A stretch of DNA of 64,000 nucleotides from Candidatus Gastranaerophilales bacterium (GCA_910587375.1 CAJULR010000022.1:8431-72430); one strand, 5' to 3'; numbered from the stretch's first letter, positions 1 through 7,819 are shown. Numbers and translations: made by a program. Notes: a model not told the origin generated them from the letters alone.

Positions 1-934
1 AAGAGTTTTGCTTTAAAATTTTATTAAAAGTTCCTAAAAAAGGAATGATATAAAGCCCGGAATCTGCGTCAGCAAAAAAGCCTATATCATAAGGTTTTTT
101 AGATTTTGAAAACCCTCCTGCTGCATTTTTTATAAAATCGTCTTCCGCATTTTCATTTAATTCAAAATACTCAATTTTTCCGCTTAAGTTGGCGTTTAAT
201 ACATTTTGCCCGATATATTTTTCTTTTGAAATATTTTCAGTTTTTCCCTCCACAAGAAGGTTAAATTCCTTAATAAAATCATCCGCAAGGGCGTTTGTTG
301 TGATAATTTCATCACTTTCAAAAGTTTTAGTGAATTTTTCCAAAAAAAGTTTTGTTGATTTTTGAAGCTCACAAAGTTTCTCATCGTTATACATAGTCTG
401 CGATTGTGGGTATTTTACAAGGCATTTCACGGTTTCAACGTTTGCAAAATATTCTCTGAATTGTCCAAAGCAATCAAAAATTTCCAAAAGATAAAAAGCG
501 TTGTCAATTTCAATAATTCTTGCCTTGATAAAATCGTAAAGTCCTATTCCTCTTAAATTTGTCATCTTTACAAGGGGGATAAGTTCAAAATCTTTTTCGT
601 TTGCAAGGCAAGTGCAATTGTAGGCATTTTTTAATATTTTATTCACCCTGAAAACAGATTTAAAGCTTTTTTTAAATGCGGCCAAAACTTTTTTGTCAGC
701 TGCGGGGTTTTTTTGCGCAAAATAGTCTAAAACCCTTGTATTGTCTTGCATTTTTTCGTCCAAAATATAATTTATAAGACAATCGTTAAGTTCATTTTGT
801 CTTTCAATTTTTATCTCATTTTTTATTAAAAATTCTTCAAAATCTTTCGACAATGCTTCATCGCTTACGGCAAAATCTATGAGTGCGTCCATATTTGAAC
901 TTATCGAATTTAGCGTTTCAACAAGTGTGGCCAT
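1..934 (-). CDS. hypothetical protein, partial (start codon at 934, 3' end runs off the window start)
   Basis: Hand-checked open minus-strand frame from ATG 934-932 (MATLVETLNSISSNMDALIDF...) to position 1 with no in-frame stop. Absent from the ORF track because it has no stop in the window. No recognisable family. Confidence 0.5.
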   Translation of the reverse strand, partial: MATLVETLNSISSNMDALIDFAVSDEALSKDFEEFLIKNEIKIERQNELNDCLINYILDEKMQDNTRVLDYFAQKNPAADKKVLAAFKKSFKSVFRVNKILKNAYNCTCLANEKDFELIPLVKMTNLRGIGLYDFIKARIIEIDNAFYLLEIFDCFGQFREYFANVETVKCLVKYPQSQTMYNDEKLCELQKSTKLFLEKFTKTFESDEIITTNALADDFIKEFNLLVEGKTENISKEKYIGQNVLNANLSGKIEYFELNENAEDDFIKNAAGGFSKSKKPYDIGFFADADSGLYIIPFLGTFNKILKQNS

Positions 935-958
935 CTTTTTTCCTCTTCCCTCTTTTTT

Positions 959-1735
959 CTAGCCTCTTTTTAAATATATTAAATATTCCGTATTTCCCTG
1001 CTTTGCCCCTTGAATTGGCGATTTTATGACCCCGAGTGTTTCAAGGGAAATTGAATGAGCGAATTTTTTAATATCTTCAATAATTTTTTTGTGCACCGCT
1101 TCATCCTTTACAACTCCGCCCTTTGCAATTTCATTTTTTTCAGCTTCAAATTGCGGCTTTATTAAAAGCACCATTTCGGCTTTTTTTGCGGTGAAATTCA
1201 AAACATTTAATAAAACTTTTTTAATTGAAATAAAAGATAAATCCATTGATAAAAATGTCGGCATTTCTTCTTCATCAAGGCTTTCTGCCCCAAAAATTTC
1301 TTCAAAGGTGCAGTTTTTAACATTTACTTTTTCAATGACAGAAACCTTTTCGTCAGAACGCAACTTCCAGGCAATTTGCCCATAGCCCACATCTGCCGCA
1401 TAAACTTTCTTTGCCCCTTCTTGAAGCATGCAATCTGTAAAGCCGCCCGTGGAAGCGCCAATATCGATGCAAATTCTATCTTTTAAAGCTATTTTGAATT
1501 CATCAATCGCCCCTTTAAGCTTTAGGCCGCCACGGGACACATAAGGAATGGTCTTGATTTCAAGCTTCATTGGGTGTTCAGGGTGAAAAAGTTTTTCTTC
1601 ATCGTATAATTCGCCCGCTTTTGACACCACAACATCGTTAATTTTAACGTTTCCTGCTAAAATGTTCACCTGCGCGGAGTTTTTAGAGTCAAAATACCCA
1701 TGTTCAAAAAGAATTAAGTCAAGCCTTTTTTTCAT
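959..1735 (-). CDS. tlyA: TlyA-family rRNA 2'-O-methyltransferase (hemolysin A-like)
   Basis: N-terminal S4-like segment (KKRLDLILFEHGY...) followed by a FtsJ-type methyltransferase motif (IDIGASTGGFTDCMLQEGAKKVYAADVG). Confidence 0.9.
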   Translation of the reverse strand: MKKRLDLILFEHGYFDSKNSAQVNILAGNVKINDVVVSKAGELYDEEKLFHPEHPMKLEIKTIPYVSRGGLKLKGAIDEFKIALKDRICIDIGASTGGFTDCMLQEGAKKVYAADVGYGQIAWKLRSDEKVSVIEKVNVKNCTFEEIFGAESLDEEEMPTFLSMDLSFISIKKVLLNVLNFTAKKAEMVLLIKPQFEAEKNEIAKGGVVKDEAVHKKIIEDIKKFAHSISLETLGVIKSPIQGAKQGNTEYLIYLKRG

Positions 1736-1792
1736 CCTTTAAAATTTTTCCTTTAAAATCCTCTAAAATTCCCTCTTTTGGCCTTAAAGCTT

Positions 1793-2053
1793 CTATTGCT
1801 TCACCATATATTGTTCTTCCTGAAGCGCAAGCCCTGAAATTTCAGATGACATAAGGCTCACTTTTTTAATAGGCCCTGCGGCTTCAAGCTCTATCATTTT
1901 TGGCGCAGAAGCTGCTTTTAAGACTTTTTGAATATCATCGTAAACTTTTTTCGGGTCTTCAAAATAAAGAACAATTGGCGCAACAGAGCCTTTTAAAAAT
2001 ATTAAAAGTGAAATTTTAGTTTGAATGTTTTGTCCTGCAAACTGGCTTGCCAT
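1793..2053 (-). CDS. small conserved hypothetical protein (86 aa from internal ATG)
   Basis: ATG at 2053 is preceded by GGAGAG. The longer track ORF (to 2137) would overlap the tatD 3' end. No family recognised. Confidence 0.5.
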   Translation of the reverse strand: MASQFAGQNIQTKISLLIFLKGSVAPIVLYFEDPKKVYDDIQKVLKAASAPKMIELEAAGPIKKVSLMSSEISGLALQEEQYMVKQ

Positions 2054-2075
2054 CTTGTTTTTACTCTCCTTTTGT

Positions 2076-2834
2076 CTAATCCTTTTTGTCAAAGTTAAAA
2101 ATCTTCTCAGCGTTTTTAGTCGTTTCTTTTTGAACAAAATCCAAAGTTAAATCCTTCAAATTTGCAATCTCTTTTGCAATTAAATTTAAATACTTTGGTG
2201 CATTTTCTTCGCCTCTGAAAGGGTGCGGCGTTAAATATGGCGCGTCTGTTTCAAGGACAATGTTTTCAATCGGGATTTCGCGCACGACATCCTTCATTTT
2301 CCTTGCGTTTTTAAACGTTACAACCCCGCCAATTCCAAGATACCAACCCAAATTTACACATTCTTTTGCAAACTCAACACTTCCTGAAAAACAATGCATT
2401 ACAACTTTGTTATAATTTGCCTCTTTTAAAATGTTAAAAGTGTCTAAATGCGCCTCTCTGTCGTGAATTGCAACGGGCAAATCAAGTGCCATTGCAATTT
2501 CAATCTGCGTTTTAAAAACCTTCTTTTGAACATCGACAAATGTCTTATCCCAATAATAATCAAGGCCGATTTCCCCAATGCCCACAATTTTTGGGTGGTG
2601 CGCCAAAAGGGCAATCTGTTTTGCTGTGTTTTCAGTAAATTTTTGTGCTTCGCTCGGGTGCACGCCCAACATGCCATAAACATTATCGTATTTATCAATA
2701 AATTCGGTAATTTTATAAAAAGTATCAGGCTCCACGCCGGGGATTATTACTTTTTCAACCCCGGCAACAAGTGCTGCCTTAATTTCGGCTTCCGGGTTTT
2801 GAAGCATATCAATGTGAGTGTGTGTATCTATCAT
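2076..2834 (-). CDS. tatD: TatD-family metal-dependent hydrolase/DNase
   Basis: MIDTHTHID start motif, followed by the GEIGLDYY and HCFSG signatures typical of TatD. Confidence 0.9.
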   Translation of the reverse strand: MIDTHTHIDMLQNPEAEIKAALVAGVEKVIIPGVEPDTFYKITEFIDKYDNVYGMLGVHPSEAQKFTENTAKQIALLAHHPKIVGIGEIGLDYYWDKTFVDVQKKVFKTQIEIAMALDLPVAIHDREAHLDTFNILKEANYNKVVMHCFSGSVEFAKECVNLGWYLGIGGVVTFKNARKMKDVVREIPIENIVLETDAPYLTPHPFRGEENAPKYLNLIAKEIANLKDLTLDFVQKETTKNAEKIFNFDKKD

Positions 2835-2880
2835 AATTTAATATTTTAACAAATTTTAATTTTTTTGTATAATTATTAAG

Positions 2881-3250
2881 AAAGAAAGTCGGAGGATAAT
2901 CGCGCGAGGGTTTAAACCTTTGTGAGGAAAGTCCGGACATCCAAAAAGGCGTGTTGCCTGGGAAAGCCAGGTGCGTGTGAGCGTGAGGACAGTGCCACAG
3001 AAAAGAAGAATGCCCTTCTTTTAAAGGAAGCCTTAGAAGGTTTTCTATATGAAGCTTGGGTGATTGTGCAACGGCGGAGTAAGAGCCCACCGCCTCTTCC
3101 CGTAAGGGCAGAGGGCAAGGTAAACCCCAACAGGATGCAAGTTCGGCTTTGCGGCTATGGTGCCTTTTCCTCCCTTTGGGGCCGCATAAAGGAACGCATT
3201 AGACAGATGATTATCTTGAAACAGAATCCGGCTTATTACCGGCTTTCTTT
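2881..3250 (+). ncRNA. rnpB: RNase P RNA, bacterial type A
   Basis: Conserved blocks are present: GAGGAAAGTCCGGAC, GAGTAAGAGCCCACC, GGTAAACCCCAAC and ACAGAATCCGGCTTAT. A P1 helix forms between aaagaaagtcgg (2881-2892) and ccggctttcttt (3239-3250). The overlapping track ORFs are spurious. Confidence 0.85.
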
Positions 3251-3306
3251 TTATGCGTGCAAAATGTCCGGTTTTCCACAGGGTCTATATGCTGTTTATA
3301 AGGAAA

Positions 3307-3588
3307 TCATTTGTTCAAATCCAGGACACAGCGCACACCAAAGGCGTTGGTAGAAGAATTGCTATTAACCGTGAAACTGCCACTATTCAAGTTGCCTCTG
3401 TAATAACTAGTGCCGCTGTTAAGCGTGCCTGACCATACGTTGTTCGGGTAGCAGTTGTTATTGGTCGCGCCCGTGCAGCCGCTGGTACGGTTCTGGCACT
3501 GCAAGGCGCCGTAACCTGAATTGTTGTCGCAGAGCTGCAAACAAAACGTGGTGCAGTGGGACAACAGGAGTGGAACCAACTTTGTCAT
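3307..3588 (-). CDS. small Cys-rich protein with DUF1566/Lcl-C-terminal-like ending (...AFGVRCVLD); possible gene fragment
   Basis: 93-codon ORF with a hydrophobic N-terminus, 8 Cys and Asn/Ser/Gly-rich content. The C-terminal xFGVRCV motif resembles DUF1566-type domains. An in-frame stop lies 12 codons upstream, inside repeat DNA. Confidence 0.4.
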   Translation of the reverse strand: MTKLVPLLLSHCTTFCLQLCDNNSGYGALQCQNRTSGCTGATNNNCYPNNVWSGTLNSGTSYYRGNLNSGSFTVNSNSSTNAFGVRCVLDLNK

Positions 3589-3656
3589 CCTGAATACAAG
3601 CGCGTCATCCTGAACACAAATGCGTCATCCTGAACTTGTTTCAGGATCTCAAGATT
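3584..3656 (+). repeat. three 20-nt-spaced gtcatcctgaa half-sites, the last completing hairpin repeat H1 (gtcatcctgaacttgtttcaggatctcaagatt)
   Basis: Half-sites start at 3584, 3604 and 3624. The H1 stem is atcctgaa/ttcaggat. The same 33-mer family recurs at 4116, 7066(-), 7820(-), 8194 and 26084. Confidence 0.85.
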
Positions 3657-3915
3657 CAGTTGGTTTCTCAACCTTGCGACTCTGCCTTAATGTTTTAATC
3701 TCGCACTTTAATCTAAACTTTAAAGTGCAATAGCTAAGTTTAATTTCAGCCTAAGCCATCGGAGGCAAAACCCCATACGGTGGCAACATTTGACGATTTG
3801 AAATCCCATTCTGCTAAGGCCCGTAAGCCTCAACACTCCAAGGGCGATTTCCTTATTTAATATTACTTCTCTTTTTGCCCCATGGCAAATTTGTTAAAAA
3901 AGGAGTGTGAAAAAA

Positions 3916-3942
3916 GTAGGTTGGGCATACTTGCCCAACATC
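3916..3942 (+). repeat. hairpin repeat H2a (gtaggttgggcatacttgcccaacatc)
   Basis: Stem gttgggca/tgcccaac. A near-identical copy lies at 26004-26030 inside the 5' end of the 906-aa ORF. Confidence 0.8.
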
Positions 3943-4042
3943 AACTAATGGGCGTAAAAAAAGGAGCGCGAAGGTTACATAACGCGCCCCGAAAAGTTGT
4001 TTATCGTAAAAATTTGTTTTGTATGAAAGTTTAGATTTGTCG

Positions 4043-4200
4043 CGTCATTGCGAGGGACCAACGGGAGTGCGGCAATCTAGAAACCAGTGTCGAAAAAGCC
4101 AATCAACATGCAGTCGTCATCCTGAACTTGTTTCAGGATCTCAAGATTAAGTAAAATTTTCCTGGATTGCTTCGTCGCTGTCGCAACGCTCGCAATGACG
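4043..4200. repeat. composite palindromic repeat: two inverted cgtcattgcgag...gcaatc(c/t)ag copies flanking an H1 hairpin (4116-4148)
   Basis: Copy A (4043-4085, +) and copy B (4161-4200, -) are mutually inverted. A third copy lies at 8289-8334 (-). Confidence 0.8.
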
Positions 4201-4240
4201 TGTCCGCTCCGTAAGGCAGGGGCTAAAAGGCCCCAAAACC

Positions 4241-7204
4241 CTACATAGACGTGCTCTTATATTCAATTATGACAACCCCGTCGCCGCCATAGCCGCCAAG
4301 TCCGCCCACCCCGTCAACAACAGCGCCGCCTCCGCCGCCTCCGCCAAAGACTCCGGGCTTTCCTTGCGCTCCGCTTGCTGCTGCGTTACAATTTCCCGCA
4401 GCGCTCATGTTTCCGCCACAGCCGCCAAGTGGTGGCCCCGCAACTTTCCCGTCTTTGGATTTTATAAACGTCGCAAAGGTGTTGTCGATGTTTTGATAGA
4501 TATATTCCATATATCCGCCGATTCCGCCGCCGATTTCAGAGCCCGCATGCCCGTGCACGGCTGCTCCTTCGTCTGCAGCATAGTTATTATAGTTGTCAGG
4601 AAGCTTTTGAACCCCGCCATGGTCGTCTTTTGTAAGGCCGCTGTTGCCTTTAAGGCCGCCTTTTGCCTTTAAAAGCGTGCCAAAAGAGCTTTCGCCGCCC
4701 GCGCCGTCATAGGCTGTGCCGTTTGCCGCGGTTCCTGTTTTGCCGCCTTTGCCGATTGTGATTGGGATTTCGCTTCCCGGTTTTAAGTTATATAAAGTTG
4801 TAGATTTATATTCGCCGCTGGTGCCGCCCCCGCCGTTGCTGCCGCCATATTCAATGTAAATATAGCCGCTTGCACCTGCAGCGCCCATGCCAAAGGTGTC
4901 CCCTGTGGTTTGTGCGCCTGCTCCGCCGCCTCCGCCTGCGCCGTAGCTGTCGATTGCTGGTGTGGAGCCGTTTTTAACGCTGTTTCCGCCAGTTCCCCCT
5001 GAAACGCTTTCTGCTTTCATATTTTGGATGTTTCCGCCTGCGCCGCCAAAACCTTTGTTTGTAATTGCAGAGGCCAAAATGCCTTCGCCGCCTCCATATC
5101 CGCCTGTAAAGGTTTTGTTTAGCCAGTTTCCGCTTGCGTTTGCAACGTTATCCTGCATAATAAACACGCGTGTTCCAAGCCTTGCGCCGCCAGCAGAGGC
5201 CACATTCGGGTCTGAAGAGTATTGGCCTGCGTTTCCGCCAAGGGCTGTTGCAATGATTGTGCCTGTGGAAGAGCCGCGGCGGATGTAGGTTGCGCCGCCG
5301 TTGTTTCCGTTTTTGCCTGCGCTCACTTGGTTTGCGCCGCCTGCGCCCACTTCAAAATATAGGGTTTCGCCTGGGGTCACGGTGATTTCACCAATGGTCA
5401 TTTGGCCTGCGCCCCCGCCGCCCCCGCCATTTGCCGGCATATTATATGTGCATTTCAAGGCATTTGTCCTTGCCCCCGACTGCCCGTAACAAAGACGTAG
5501 CGCACCAGGCATGCCGTTGTTGGCCGCATTATTTGCATCTTTAGTGTTTTGTGTTCCATCGCCACCGTTACAATAATTGGCGCTTTTCCATATTGTAGTA
5601 GTACCTATAGTACCGGCAGTACTACTATTGCCAGATTTGCCTCCGTACCCTCCGCCTCCACCAACACCTGCAGATGTAGTACCTGTATTTCCGGTCAAAC
5701 CATTACCTATGCCTACAGTTGTATTTAAATATGTCCCACCTCCACCTCCAGCTCCAGCTCCACCTTTTCCACTTCCACCTGCTCCACCCCCTCCGCCATA
5801 TCCGCCCCCACCACCTCCGCCTCCTCCTGCACCGTAATATGTGCTTGAACTATAATGATAGCTTCCACCCCCACCCCCACCCCCACCAATTTGAAATATT
5901 ATAGTACCAGAGGTTCCTGAAGCAGTAGAAATTGATGTTGGGCCTCCGCCACCCCCACCCCCACCTGTTGCAAGACTTCCACTACCATTTGAATATGCAT
6001 TTCTTGCGCCCCCACCTCCGCCTCCACCCCATATTCCACCTCTTCCGCCACTTCCTGCATAACTGCTTGATATAGCATTACTACCTGTTCCCCCATACGA
6101 GATGGCAGTTCCAGTTCCATTTGAACCAGATGTTGCGTTTCCAGTAGAAGATTGCAGTCCTTGGCCACCATTACCTCCATATGTGCCTCCATTTCCACCG
6201 CTGTAGTTGCCACTCCAAGCTCCACCACCTCCACCTCCAGCACTATATCCACCTTCATTGCCACTGTGTTTACCTATTGCGCCCCCACCTCCACCTCCAG
6301 CAACTTTTATATAAACAGTTGATACAGATGAAGTTACTGATGCATTTGCTATATATCCACCTGAGCCTCCACCGCCACCATATGTATCGTACCCTGCACC
6401 ACCCCCACCCCCGCCGCCGCAGGCGGTGACTTTGAGTTCAGCTCCGGCTGTGGCTCCGGGGGTATATTTAACGCTTTCATCTGCCGTTAAGGTCCACTGT
6501 GTCACGCCTGAGGACTTACAGGCGCTGTCCAATTCGGGGACAATCCAGCTTGCATTGTTAGGAATTGTAAAGCTGTGTTCACCCGCGCTTAAAAAATCTT
6601 TACATGTTTCTGCAGCAGTTACCGAGGGAATATCTCCATAAGCTGTACCCACCCCAACGCCGCCGCTGGCGCCGCCTCCGCCGCCACCGACCATATAAAC
6701 GCGAAGTTTTGTAACGCCTTCCGGGACTTTCCAGCTTTGAACAGAGCTTGGGTTTTTAAATTCTAAAACGCCGTGGAATGCGTCCCCGCCTGCGCCTCCG
6801 CCGCCGAGCATGGTCACTTTGGCAGAGTTTACGTCAACCGGAACAAGAAAGGTTCCATCTTCGTTAAAAATCTGAATAACCGCGTCTTTATCGTATTGTG
6901 CGGCGCCAACGCCCGAAACATTGATTGTGGCTTCGTCCATGCGCTTTGTCATGACAGGCGCCAAGGCCGCCATGAGTAACGACGCCACCAATAGAGCCAT
7001 AAGCATTTCCACCAACGAAAACGCAGCATGGGATGATGTTGGGTTAAAACCCAACCTACGGGTTTGAGATTCTGAAACAAGTTCAGAATGACAAAGTCGG
7101 TCCCCGTTCGTTGGCCGAACAGTGTCCATTGGTTGAACGGCCGCAGTGCGGTTTAGAGCTGCAAAACTGCAGCTGTTTTTGAACAACTTTTTAAACATAA
7201 ACAA
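4241..7204 (-). CDS. giant glycine-rich protein with type IV prepilin-like N-terminal cleavage/methylation segment
   Basis: HAA|FSLVEMLMALLVASLLMAALAPVMTK matches the N_methyl-type motif (F-S-L-V-E plus a hydrophobic helix). The rest consists of stacked Gly-rich modules with runs of up to 9 Gly. Modules are bounded by beta-like strands (SWKVPEGVTKLRVYMVGGGGGG ... GYIYIEYGG ... GVVIIEYK). The true start is uncertain: TTG 7204, ATG 7198, or an internal TTG near 7050. Confidence 0.85.
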   Translation of the reverse strand: MFMFKKLFKNSCSFAALNRTAAVQPMDTVRPTNGDRLCHSELVSESQTRRLGFNPTSSHAAFSLVEMLMALLVASLLMAALAPVMTKRMDEATINVSGVGAAQYDKDAVIQIFNEDGTFLVPVDVNSAKVTMLGGGGAGGDAFHGVLEFKNPSSVQSWKVPEGVTKLRVYMVGGGGGGASGGVGVGTAYGDIPSVTAAETCKDFLSAGEHSFTIPNNASWIVPELDSACKSSGVTQWTLTADESVKYTPGATAGAELKVTACGGGGGGGAGYDTYGGGGGSGGYIANASVTSSVSTVYIKVAGGGGGGAIGKHSGNEGGYSAGGGGGGAWSGNYSGGNGGTYGGNGGQGLQSSTGNATSGSNGTGTAISYGGTGSNAISSSYAGSGGRGGIWGGGGGGGARNAYSNGSGSLATGGGGGGGGPTSISTASGTSGTIIFQIGGGGGGGGSYHYSSSTYYGAGGGGGGGGGYGGGGGAGGSGKGGAGAGGGGGTYLNTTVGIGNGLTGNTGTTSAGVGGGGGYGGKSGNSSTAGTIGTTTIWKSANYCNGGDGTQNTKDANNAANNGMPGALRLCYGQSGARTNALKCTYNMPANGGGGGGAGQMTIGEITVTPGETLYFEVGAGGANQVSAGKNGNNGGATYIRRGSSTGTIIATALGGNAGQYSSDPNVASAGGARLGTRVFIMQDNVANASGNWLNKTFTGGYGGGEGILASAITNKGFGGAGGNIQNMKAESVSGGTGGNSVKNGSTPAIDSYGAGGGGGAGAQTTGDTFGMGAAGASGYIYIEYGGSNGGGGTSGEYKSTTLYNLKPGSEIPITIGKGGKTGTAANGTAYDGAGGESSFGTLLKAKGGLKGNSGLTKDDHGGVQKLPDNYNNYAADEGAAVHGHAGSEIGGGIGGYMEYIYQNIDNTFATFIKSKDGKVAGPPLGGCGGNMSAAGNCNAAASGAQGKPGVFGGGGGGGAVVDGVGGLGGYGGDGVVIIEYKSTSM
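7038..7092 (-). repeat. hairpin repeats H2b (gtaggttgggttttaacccaac) and H1 variant (gtcattctgaacttgtttcagaatctc) inside the 5' part of the 987-aa ORF
   Basis: Reverse complement of 7038-7059 and of 7066-7092. The order and spacing relative to the FSLVEM codons match those in the 906-aa gene. Confidence 0.8.
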
Positions 7205-7398
7205 TTTCTCACTTTTTTAAAGTATTAACCGAAAATTTAATCTTTAGAACAACTTTTTAGTAAAATTTTCTACTACACAATATATTATAATAATGTTTAC
7301 ATTAAAAATCAATAAAAACTTGTTGTGTAGGTTATGAACACATGGCCTATTGCATAATAAGCTGTTGTTTGTATTGGGTTCAAGAAAAGTGGAATAAT

Positions 7399-7737
7399 AT
7401 GGACGAGAAAGAAATCAGGAAATTATTGGGCGAAAACATCAGAAGAATCCGCTGGAGTAAGAATATGACGCAGGAAGCGTTTTCAGAAAAAATCGGGATT
7501 GAGCCTTCAAGCCTTTCAAACATTGAAAACGGAAAGAGCCTGCCTTCAACACAAACAATTCTTAACATTCAGCAACAATTTGAAGTTTCTCCCAATGAAA
7601 TTTTTGATTTTGACATTGACTATGTTAAAAGCGCGCAAAACCTTGAAGATGAGATTTTTAGCACTGTTCGGGCCTTTGATGTAGACAGGAAGCGGGTTTT
7701 ATACAAAATTGTGAAGGCAATTGAAGTTACGGCGTAA
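7399..7737 (+). CDS. XRE-family helix-turn-helix transcriptional regulator
   Basis: MDEKEIRKLLGENIRRIRWSKNMTQEAFSEKIGIEPSSLSNIENGK is a classic Cro/CI-type HTH. An internal ATG at 7399 is preferred over the track start at 7342. The gene is divergent from the 987-aa gene. Confidence 0.8.
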   Translation: MDEKEIRKLLGENIRRIRWSKNMTQEAFSEKIGIEPSSLSNIENGKSLPSTQTILNIQQQFEVSPNEIFDFDIDYVKSAQNLEDEIFSTVRAFDVDRKRVLYKIVKAIEVTA

Positions 7738-7819
7738 GGGATTTAAGTTTTAAAGAGTTGTTTTTTATATCGTAGGTTGCATTTTAAGGAGTTGATAGAG
7801 CTGGATGAATTTCAAGTTC

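Noticed and set aside
3296-3335. gttcaaatcc ... cacca resembling a tRNA T-loop and 3' end
   Set aside because: The flanking bases do not form a T-stem or acceptor stem. The sequence lies in the 3' end of the 93-codon minus-strand ORF.
2809-3353. Track ORFs 2809-3090(-), 2912-3130(-), 2922-3353(+)
   Set aside because: They overlap the RNase P RNA gene, whose conserved blocks and P1 helix explain this sequence.
3584-3643. Three gtcatcctgaa units with a 20-nt period, which looked superficially CRISPR-like
   Set aside because: The units are only 11 nt long with 9-nt spacers and there are three copies. There are no cas genes. The last unit is part of the dispersed H1 hairpin repeat, so this is a REP-like partial tandem duplication.
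4364-6979. Series of plus-strand ORFs (for example 4962-5288, 5577-5837, 6181-6429) encoding Pro/His/Leu-rich peptides
   Set aside because: They are antisense or alternate-frame shadows of the Gly-rich gene, since GGN codons read as NCC (Pro) on the other strand. They lack ribosome-binding sites and their composition is an artefact of the sense strand.
4241-7204. Diversity-generating retroelement or invertase-driven variation of the giant pilin-like genes
   Set aside because: No reverse transcriptase, template repeat or site-specific recombinase gene is visible anywhere in the 64-kb window. Only the codon mosaic and short direct repeats are reported.
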